Shown: one piece after another, positions 1 through 6,731 of the stretch
Layout of the letters: the number at the start of each line of letters is the position of its first letter
Position numbering within the stretch: the first letter of the stretch is position 1
Source of the DNA: an uncultured archaeon
Lineage (GTDB): Archaea; Asgardarchaeota; Lokiarchaeia; Sigyniarchaeales; SOKP01
Length of the DNA stretch: 12,951 bases
Reading direction: 5' to 3'
Assembly (NCBI GenBank): GCA_964493715.1
Contig: CAZBPC010000091.1
Coordinates: 1-12,951, forward strand
Notes under the pieces: generated by a model
Seen by the model: the letters and a program-made list of their open reading frames with translations, nothing else
Database searches by the model: none
What the model was told of the DNA's origin: nothing
Position numbers and translations under genes: made by a program

Positions 1-1
1 A

Positions 2-400
2 TCATGGCTCCTGGATGGGTACCCTAGAAATTTAAAACAAGCAGAATTTTTAGACCAAATTACTAATGTAGATTTGTTCCTTCTGTTAGATGTGAGTAGA
101 GATATCATCACCAAAAGAATTTTGGGGAGATATTCTTGTAAAAGTTGTGGAGATATCTATAACAAGTATACGCTTCCTCCAAAGAAGGAAGGAATCTGTG
201 ATAAATGTGGTGCAGAAATTAAATTTGAACAAAGAAGCGATGATAATGAAGAAACGCTTAAAAATCGCTTGGATGCATATGAAAAAAATGCTAAACCAAT
301 TATTAAATACTATAAAAAGAAGAAATTACTCAAAAAAGTAAATGCAGAGAATACTCTAGAACTTACAGGGGATCAGATTAAATCTATTCTAGAAATTTAA
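2..400 (+). CDS. adk: Adenylate kinase, bacterial-type with zinc LID domain (5' truncated by window edge)
   Basis: The frame is open from position 2 (SWLLDGYPRNLKQAEFLD...), giving the conserved LDG(F/Y)PR motif, so the ORF-track start at 74 is internal. LID reads C-x2-C-x16-C-x2-C (CKSC...CDKC), followed by QRSDD..E...RL..Y. Confidence 0.95.
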   Translation, partial: SWLLDGYPRNLKQAEFLDQITNVDLFLLLDVSRDIITKRILGRYSCKSCGDIYNKYTLPPKKEGICDKCGAEIKFEQRSDDNEETLKNRLDAYEKNAKPIIKYYKKKKLLKKVNAENTLELTGDQIKSILEI

Positions 401-436
401 ATTTTTTCCAAAAAATTAATTTTTTTTTATGAAATC

Positions 437-1189
437 ATGAAATCAAATTCTTTTAATATATGTTTAGCACTCCCAGTTAAATCAAATGATCATCAAGATT
501 TAGAATTATCCATAAAAGAAAGTATAAGATCTGGTTCAAATTTCATTGAATTTCGGTTTGATTACCTTAAAAATGAAGATCTCATAACAACTAATTTTTT
601 AATAGATTTAAAAAAGTTAATTCCAACTAATATATCTTCAATATTTACTTTAAGACATCATTCTGAGGGTGGAAAATTAAAAATCAATGATTTCAAGAGG
701 AAGGAAATAATTCAGCGTTTTATTGAAGCTAAACCAGATTTCATTGATGTAGAAATGAATTCCAATAAGGATCTTTTGAAGAATATTAAAGATGTTATAG
801 AAAATAACAATATAAAGCTGATTTTTTCATATCACGATTTTATAAAAACACCAGATTTTAATTACTCAAAATCCATAATTGATAAATTTGAGCACTTATT
901 ATTAGATGACCTTAATTTTAACATTAAGACCCTCAATAATAGCGTTTATAAAATGATTTTTACAGCCCAAGAATTTAAAGACAATTTTATACCCATCAAA
1001 ATATGCAATTTCTATTCTAAGTTAAATAGGAATATTATTTCCTTTTGTATGGGTGATTTGGGAATTATATCACGAATATACTCTTTGAAAAGCGGAGCTT
1101 TCTTAACCTACGGATCCTTCATGGAAGAAACAGCTCCAGGTCAGATTAACTCTAAGGAAATTAAAGATTGGTTAGATTTAGATAATTAA
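437..1189 (+). CDS. aroD: Type I 3-dehydroquinate dehydratase
   Basis: Motifs EFRFD, FTLR..EGG, DVE, SYHDF (catalytic His), YKM (candidate Schiff-base Lys), FCMG..G..SR and TAPGQ; 250 aa. Confidence 0.93.
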   Translation: MKSNSFNICLALPVKSNDHQDLELSIKESIRSGSNFIEFRFDYLKNEDLITTNFLIDLKKLIPTNISSIFTLRHHSEGGKLKINDFKRKEIIQRFIEAKPDFIDVEMNSNKDLLKNIKDVIENNNIKLIFSYHDFIKTPDFNYSKSIIDKFEHLLLDDLNFNIKTLNNSVYKMIFTAQEFKDNFIPIKICNFYSKLNRNIISFCMGDLGIISRIYSLKSGAFLTYGSFMEETAPGQINSKEIKDWLDLDN

Positions 1190-1249
1190 ATAAGGTAATT
1201 ATATTCATAATCCTTATCTATTTTAGCGAATATTCAAAAAGGAAGAAAT

Positions 1250-1423
1250 TTAAGCTTTATCGAATAAAAGTCCACAGTTCCCACATTTGATTTTTGTCTT
1301 ATATACAGGAGCACCTTGCATTGAATAATATAGCACTTGGGTTTTATCGGGCTCTTCATGTAGTTTACGAGGGTTCTCTTCGTTACACTTTGGGCATTTA
1401 AATCGTTTATAAGTTTCAGTCAT
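1250..1423 (-). CDS. Small zinc-ribbon protein, 57 aa (not in ORF track)
   Basis: Manual translation: MTETYKRFKCPKCNEENPRKLHEEPDKTQVLYYSMQGAPVYKTKIKCGNCGLLFDKA*. Two CxxC pairs (CPKC, CGNC), ATG at 1423-1421, TAA at 1252-1250. GC is higher than in the flanking intergenic DNA, and an SD-like AGATGAT lies just upstream. Confidence 0.85.
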   Translation of the reverse strand: MTETYKRFKCPKCNEENPRKLHEEPDKTQVLYYSMQGAPVYKTKIKCGNCGLLFDKA

Positions 1424-1574
1424 AATATCATCTTATATTTAATAGTTTAAATGAAAAATATGTTCAATAAATTTAAATCTAGTTTTTAAGATAATATCAC
1501 ATTATGACAATTAAGTATAACAATTTTGAAATTACATTAGATTGAAATAAATCCCAAGTGTGATACTTTGGTGG

Positions 1575-1582
1575 AAAAAAAA
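1575..1582 (-). terminator. Possible archaeal-type oligo-T terminator for the GDPD transcript
   Basis: A8 on the + strand (T8 on minus) about 120 nt downstream of the GDPD stop, next to a weak hairpin at 1554-1571 (CCAAGTG-TGA-TACTTTGG). Confidence 0.3.
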
Positions 1583-1701
1583 GTGAAAAATCTGGACTCG
1601 TTCGTAATCAATATTTGTCATTTTAAATCTTAGTTTTGTCAATGTTTTTAAATGATATGAATCGATTAAGAGTTAAAAATAGTTTTAAAATGGAATTGAT
1701 G

Positions 1702-2421
1702 TTACGTAAATTTTTTTAATTTTTCTATGTCGTTGGTTAAGATTCCATCTACACCAATCCTAATTAATTTCTTCATTTTTCTCTTGGAATTAACAGTCCA
1801 AGGAAATATTTTAAGATCCTTTTGATGCGCAAAATTAACAATTTTTTTATTTACTAATGGAAAAAATAGGTTTATAGAAAAAAAATGTTTTTCACTAAAA
1901 GATGAGATGAGTTTTTTTTTAAAAAACCAGTTTGTAATCCATCCAACACCTGCAGGTATTATTGCTCCTAATTTTAGATCGGGATAAAGATTATGAGCTT
2001 TTAAGATTTCTTTATGTTTAAATGAAATTAAAATAGTTGAATTTAGAACATTATATTTATTCAAAATTTTAAGTACATCTTCAAATATGTTTCTCACTTT
2101 AATCTCACACATGTAATTAATTTTTCCTTTAGTTACTTGAAGTAGTTCTTCTAAAAGAGGAAAATTTTCACCTTCCCCTGCATCAAATGATTTTATTTTT
2201 TCTAAAGTAAGCCTTTTTATAAATCCTAAATTATGAGTGATTCGAAATACTGAAGGATCATGTATTATTATGATCTCCTCATCTTTCGTTTTTCTAACAT
2301 CAAATTCTATAAAATCTGCCCCTAACTCAACAGCCTGTACAAATGCTTTTAAGGTATTTTCAGGTGCTACCTTGCTTGCGCCGCGATGTGCGATTACTAA
2401 TTTCATAATTTTAAAATTCAT
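1702..2421 (-). CDS. Glycerophosphodiester phosphodiesterase (GDPD, UgpQ/GlpQ family)
   Basis: IAHRGAS..APENTL.AF, IEFDV, IHD, EIK, ISF, PWTVN and GVDGILTN motifs. No signal peptide. The true start may be the second Met (2406). Confidence 0.93.
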   Translation of the reverse strand: MNFKIMKLVIAHRGASKVAPENTLKAFVQAVELGADFIEFDVRKTKDEEIIIIHDPSVFRITHNLGFIKRLTLEKIKSFDAGEGENFPLLEELLQVTKGKINYMCEIKVRNIFEDVLKILNKYNVLNSTILISFKHKEILKAHNLYPDLKLGAIIPAGVGWITNWFFKKKLISSFSEKHFFSINLFFPLVNKKIVNFAHQKDLKIFPWTVNSKRKMKKLIRIGVDGILTNDIEKLKKFT

Positions 2422-2569
2422 ATTTTTTTATTATCTAATGAATTAAAATGAACATTAAATCATTATTAGACTTATTTCTATCCTTAAAAATTTTTCATTG
2501 TAGAGAGATTTGTCTAAACATGAGTATAATCTAAGTTACTGTAATACCATAATCTCTAATAATTTGAAT

Positions 2570-3436
2570 TTATTCATTATCAGCAAATAAATTTTTTTTT
2601 ATTTTTTTTCCAGTTTTGGTTGCTGCTATCCCACCTTTTCCAGTTTCCTTAAGTTCATATGCCATCTTTCGTCCAACTTTCATCATTGCACCTATGATTT
2701 CATCCGCGGGAATAATTGATGTGACACCTGATAATGCCATTTCAGCAGCTAAAAATGCATTAACTACACCTATTGCATTTCGTTTGATACAAGGCGATAT
2801 CACTAATCCTGCAACGGGGTCACATACAAGTCCAAGTACATTTTTCAATGTTAGGGCAATTGCATGAGATATTTGATCATTGTCCCCTCCCGCCATGTAT
2901 GTTATTGCAGCTGCCGCCATGGCAGATGCTACTCCAATTTCTGCTTGACAACCCCCTTCACTCCCAGATAGCATGGCTTGATTTCCTATTATTGCTCCCA
3001 CCTCACCTGCTACTATTAGAGCATTTAAAAGATCATCATCTGACTTTTTTAGTATTTCTTTAGCTTTGAAAAGAACTGCAGGTAAAACCCCCGAAGATCC
3101 AGCAGTTGGACAAGCAACAATTAATCCCATCCCACTGTTATATTCTCCTATTGCCATGGCCCAAGCAGTAGCATCTTTAACATTGGTATTTAGAAAGATT
3201 CCTGGTGAAAGCATTTTTTTTGCTTGGTGGCTCGCTTCCTTTATTGGTAATTCGATATCTGAAATAAGTGCTTTTTCTAATGATTGTCTCATTATTAATA
3301 ATGATCTTTTCAAGCGCTCAGTTATGAGAGATTGATTAACATGGCTTTGTTCGCTTTCATCTTTTAAAACTAATTCATGCAAGGGGATGTTTTGTTCTTT
3401 AGATTCATTTAACAATTGAGAAATTGATTCAAACAT
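2570..3436 (-). CDS. sdaAA: L-serine dehydratase, Fe-S dependent, alpha subunit
   Basis: IVACPTAGSSGVLP, GGCQAEIG and LGLVCDPVAGLV..PCIKRN (three cluster-ligand Cys), LKETGKGG. Overlaps the beta-subunit gene by 8 nt. Confidence 0.95.
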   Translation of the reverse strand: MFESISQLLNESKEQNIPLHELVLKDESEQSHVNQSLITERLKRSLLIMRQSLEKALISDIELPIKEASHQAKKMLSPGIFLNTNVKDATAWAMAIGEYNSGMGLIVACPTAGSSGVLPAVLFKAKEILKKSDDDLLNALIVAGEVGAIIGNQAMLSGSEGGCQAEIGVASAMAAAAITYMAGGDNDQISHAIALTLKNVLGLVCDPVAGLVISPCIKRNAIGVVNAFLAAEMALSGVTSIIPADEIIGAMMKVGRKMAYELKETGKGGIAATKTGKKIKKNLFADNE

Positions 3437-4094
3437 TTATTATCCTCACCCATATGATTTCTGGATGCGTATTTAATGCATCAATTAAATCTTCAGGAAT
3501 AATTGAATCTGCTTCTAGCCACGTTAAAGCTATCTTCTTTCTTAAATTTCTTGATATTTTCATTGATCCAATATTCAAATTAAAAGATTTAAGCGTATTT
3601 GCAATATTAACCAGGGCTGTTATTTTATCTTGATTTAAAATAACTAAAGTATTTGGTTCACCACCAAAACCGGCTTCCAATCCATTAACTTCTTTAATAA
3701 TAATATTTCCCCCTCCAATCGAAGAGCCTATTACTGTCATTTTATCCTTGCCATCACTCATCTCAATGGATACCGAGTTAGGATGATATTCTTGCCCTAA
3801 ATCCACGAGTTCAAAAACATAAGATAGGTTTTCATTTTTGGCGATTTCAAAAGCATTTTTTATTCTTTCATCCTCTGGACTAAATCCTAATAATCCGCCC
3901 AATATTGCAATATCTGTACCATGCCCTTTGTAAGTCTCTGCAAAAGAACCATGGAGACCAATCTTTACAATTTTGGGCTTTTTCCCGAATAAAATTTGAG
4001 AAACATAAGCAATTTGACATGCCCCAGCAGTATGGCTTGAACTTGGTCCGACCATAATGTGGCCTATAACATCAAATATCGAAGTGTATTTCAC
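3429..4094 (-). CDS. sdaAB: L-serine dehydratase, Fe-S dependent, beta subunit with C-terminal ACT-like domain
   Basis: SIFDVIGHIMVGPSSSHTAGA, GSFAETYKGHGTD, HPNS and SIGGG motifs; GTG start; C-terminal ACT-like region (NIG.M.ISR). Confidence 0.95.
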   Translation of the reverse strand: MKYTSIFDVIGHIMVGPSSSHTAGACQIAYVSQILFGKKPKIVKIGLHGSFAETYKGHGTDIAILGGLLGFSPEDERIKNAFEIAKNENLSYVFELVDLGQEYHPNSVSIEMSDGKDKMTVIGSSIGGGNIIIKEVNGLEAGFGGEPNTLVILNQDKITALVNIANTLKSFNLNIGSMKISRNLRKKIALTWLEADSIIPEDLIDALNTHPEIIWVRIINV

Positions 4095-4205
4095 AATTAA
4101 TTCAAATTTTCTTTAATATTAATGTTTTTTACATCCGACAAAAACTACAAAAAAAAGATTAAATATTTCCGGTATCAAACATTATTGTTATATAAATAAG
4201 AATAT

Positions 4206-4604
4206 TTGAGGTTGTTTTTTATTAGTGAACAGTTAAATAAAATAAAATACCCAAAAGAATGTTTTGGCAAAATATTTGTGCTAAATGAGGATTATAAAGA
4301 TTATTTTAAAGGCTGGATCCTTATTGAGGGGAATCTGCATCAATTTCTTAAAAGTTTACAAGAAGAAATCGATTATGAATGGGAGTATAAGAAGTCATTT
4401 ATAGAAAACTTTTTGGTTTATTTCATTGACACAACAACTAATAAATTGGTTGAACTAAAAGATAACAAGACACTGAATTTGATTCGCAGAAAAGATAAGA
4501 TTTTTATCGTTCTAATTGATAAATCCCATCTTTTGTCTGATATTGAAGATAATAAACCACTATATAATTGGTATATTGAAGGTTTAAATAATTATGACTC
4601 ATGA
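4206..4604 (+). CDS. Hypothetical protein (~130 aa)
   Basis: A 399-nt open frame in very AT-rich DNA, filling the gap between divergent sdaAB and convergent aroK. No recognisable motif. Start is uncertain (TTG 4206 or TTG 4212; no in-frame ATG). Confidence 0.7.
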   Translation: MRLFFISEQLNKIKYPKECFGKIFVLNEDYKDYFKGWILIEGNLHQFLKSLQEEIDYEWEYKKSFIENFLVYFIDTTTNKLVELKDNKTLNLIRRKDKIFIVLIDKSHLLSDIEDNKPLYNWYIEGLNNYDS

Positions 4605-4671
4605 TTTCTTTTATTTAATTAATCAATAATCTCAGCGATAATAATATCTAAAAAACAATCAATTAAATGGT

Positions 4672-5208
4672 TTAATTATCTAGTTTGAGTTTTTCGATAA
4701 TTTCATCGACGATTATGGATTTATCTTTATTTTCCGCATCAATTATAATGTCTGCGACTGAACGGTATAGTGGATTTCTTAAGTGGTATAAATTCTTTAT
4801 GTCATTTATTGGGTCCTCCTTATCAATAACAGGTCTTATCTGAATCCCTTCTTTTAAAATTCGATTAACGATTGTTTCTATTGAAGTCTCAAGCAAAATA
4901 AAAATACAGCTTTTTTTTAGATTTTCAACGTTAATTTTATTTAATACAGACCCCCCGCCACAAGATATAACGAATTTCTTAAAAGTTGATACTTTCTGAC
5001 AAACTTTTATTTCAAGTTTCCTAAAGGAATCTTCTCCATTTTGAGAAAAGATCTCTGGAATAGATTTTCCAGCCATTTGCTCAATTAATTGATCCATCTC
5101 AATAAATTGGTATTCTCCTCCTAACTTTTTAACTAACAGGGTTCCAATTGTAGTTTTTCCGACCCCCATAAATCCAATGAGTGCTATTGATGATTTCGGC
5201 ATGATCAC
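4672..5208 (-). CDS. aroK: Shikimate kinase, P-loop (NMP-kinase fold, bacterial AroK/AroL type)
   Basis: LIGFMGVGKTT Walker A, EMD..IE...G.SI.EIF...GE..FR.LE, SCGGG, RP and R.PLY motifs. Confidence 0.93.
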   Translation of the reverse strand: MIMPKSSIALIGFMGVGKTTIGTLLVKKLGGEYQFIEMDQLIEQMAGKSIPEIFSQNGEDSFRKLEIKVCQKVSTFKKFVISCGGGSVLNKINVENLKKSCIFILLETSIETIVNRILKEGIQIRPVIDKEDPINDIKNLYHLRNPLYRSVADIIIDAENKDKSIIVDEIIEKLKLDN

Positions 5209-5759
5209 TTCAATGAGAAGCCATGTGATTCTAAGATTCCTGACTTCAATCCAATATAATTTCCGGATAAATATGCGAAAGTATCTAATCTATCAGGATC
5301 TATTGAATTATTCTTAAGATATTTTTTCTCGCAATGAACAGCAAGTACTTTTCCAAAAAAGCATACATGAGATCCTAACTCTAATTTATTAATCACCTTA
5401 CATTCCATGTTCCAAGGAAACTCTTTCACCAAAGGAACTTGAACAAATTTTCCTTTCTCTTTAGTGAGTCCTAACTGTTCCCACTTATTGACATTCCTAC
5501 CAGATCTCGTTCCACAATAGTCCATCTCTTTTAGTTGATCTCTCATTGGGTAATTTAGTACGAATTCATCATGATTGTTTATCAACTTAAAAGAGTGACG
5601 TTTAGTGTTTATACCAATAGCGATTATAGGTGGATCTAAGCATACTTTTCCAACATAAGCTAGAGTGATTAGATTCGCATCATCTCCTACACCTACTGAT
5701 ATGACAGCAGCGGGCATAGGGAAGGTCGTTGTTCCCTTACTTAATGTCTCTTTTGTCAT
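5205..5759 (-). CDS. Flavin reductase-like / flavoredoxin family FMN-binding protein
   Basis: FPMP, N.ITLA, PP.I.I, EFVLN.P, CG..SGR..NK, P...E....MEC.V and LGSH..F.G.V motifs. ATGA overlap with aroK. Confidence 0.88.
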   Translation of the reverse strand: MTKETLSKGTTTFPMPAAVISVGVGDDANLITLAYVGKVCLDPPIIAIGINTKRHSFKLINNHDEFVLNYPMRDQLKEMDYCGTRSGRNVNKWEQLGLTKEKGKFVQVPLVKEFPWNMECKVINKLELGSHVCFFGKVLAVHCEKKYLKNNSIDPDRLDTFAYLSGNYIGLKSGILESHGFSLK

Positions 5760-5770
5760 TCTTAATTATA

Positions 5771-5777
5771 ACCTCCT
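5771..5777 (-). promoter_or_regulatory. Shine-Dalgarno site of the flavin reductase gene
   Basis: ACCTCCT on + is AGGAGGT on minus, 11 nt upstream of the ATG at 5759. Confidence 0.75.
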
Positions 5778-5804
5778 TAAATTTCTTGTTTGAACTTAAT
5801 AAAT

Positions 5805-5836
5805 ATAAATTAATTTATGATTAATCATATTAATTT
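5805..5836. promoter_or_regulatory. Overlapping palindromes in the divergent promoter between flavin reductase-aroK and aroE-tyrA (candidate operator)
   Basis: Perfect 14-bp palindromes ATAAATTAATTTAT (5805-5818) and TATGATTAATCATA (5816-5829), centres 11 bp apart. A third ATTAAT core lies at 5829-5834. Confidence 0.4.
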
Positions 5837-5850
5837 AATTTAATTTAATT
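5831..5850. repeat. Short tandem repeat (TAATT)x4
   Basis: TAATT TAATT TAATT TAATT, ending 11 nt upstream of the aroE ATG. Confidence 0.8.
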
Positions 5851-5861
5851 TCTCTACCATA

Positions 5862-6731
5862 ATGTTTAATCACCTTAAAAATTCAACTCGAACAAATATC
5901 ATATGCCTTTTTGGTCACCCAATCGAACATAGTATGAGCTCTATAATGCAAAATGTCGCATTCAAAGATTTAGGATTAGATTATGTATACATAGCTATTG
6001 ATATTGCTCCTAATAATCTTAAACAAGCATTTGATGTCGTTAGAGCTCTTGATATCAAGGGTGCAAACATTACAGTACCACATAAGGAGACAACATTAAA
6101 ATTTGTTGATGAAATTTCCCCTTTAGCACGTAGAATTGGAGCCATAAATACTATTAAAAACGAAAACGGAAGATTGATAGGTAGGAATACGGATGCATCG
6201 GGTGCTAAAAAAGCTCTCAAAGAAGCGAATATAGATCTTATTGGAAAAAATGTTTTGATTCTTGGTGCGGGAGGCGCAGCAAGAGCTTTAGCTCATTCAT
6301 TTATCAAAGATACAAATGATTTGGTGATAGTTAATAGAACATCTAATCGAGGAAAAACTTTAGCATCTGAATTAACTAAGGAATACCACAAAAAGGTTTT
6401 ATATATGAAATTTGAAAATAAAGTATTTGAGGAGAAGTTACCTTCGATTGATATTTTAGTCAATACAACAACCATCGGGATGTTTCCAGATATACACATA
6501 AGTCCAATACCTAAGAATTCTCTACATGAAGATCTGACTGTATTCGATATTATTTATAATCCCTTAGAGACCCAACTGATGAAAAATGCCTCTGAGAAAG
6601 GATGTAGAGTGCTTGGTGGATTGAATATGCTAATATATCAAGGTGCATTATCATTTGAGTGGTGGACAAATAAATCACCAAATATAGAATTAATGAAAAG
6701 AACAATACTAAATGAACTTGTGGTGAAATAA
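5862..6731 (+). CDS. aroE: Shikimate dehydrogenase
   Basis: GHPIEHSMS, GANITVPHK, GAINT, NTD, GAGGAARA, NRT, NTT.IGM, DIIYNP.ET and ML.YQG motifs. Confidence 0.96.
   Translation: MFNHLKNSTRTNIICLFGHPIEHSMSSIMQNVAFKDLGLDYVYIAIDIAPNNLKQAFDVVRALDIKGANITVPHKETTLKFVDEISPLARRIGAINTIKNENGRLIGRNTDASGAKKALKEANIDLIGKNVLILGAGGAARALAHSFIKDTNDLVIVNRTSNRGKTLASELTKEYHKKVLYMKFENKVFEEKLPSIDILVNTTTIGMFPDIHISPIPKNSLHEDLTVFDIIYNPLETQLMKNASEKGCRVLGGLNMLIYQGALSFEWWTNKSPNIELMKRTILNELVVK

Noticed and set aside
147-341. 64-aa alternative-frame ORF within adk
   Set aside because: Fully nested in a well-supported gene and has no motifs.
1911-1926. T6-A9 run in GDPD (minus strand) as a slippery or phase-variable site
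   Set aside because: The reading frame is intact with conserved motifs on both sides; such runs (also 2592-2609) are expected from Phe/Lys codons in AT-rich DNA.
2237-3633. Several + strand ORFs (2237-2446, 2616-2867, 2848-3063, 3066-3335, 3424-3633)
   Set aside because: Antisense shadows of GDPD and sdaAA/sdaAB with no independent coding signal.
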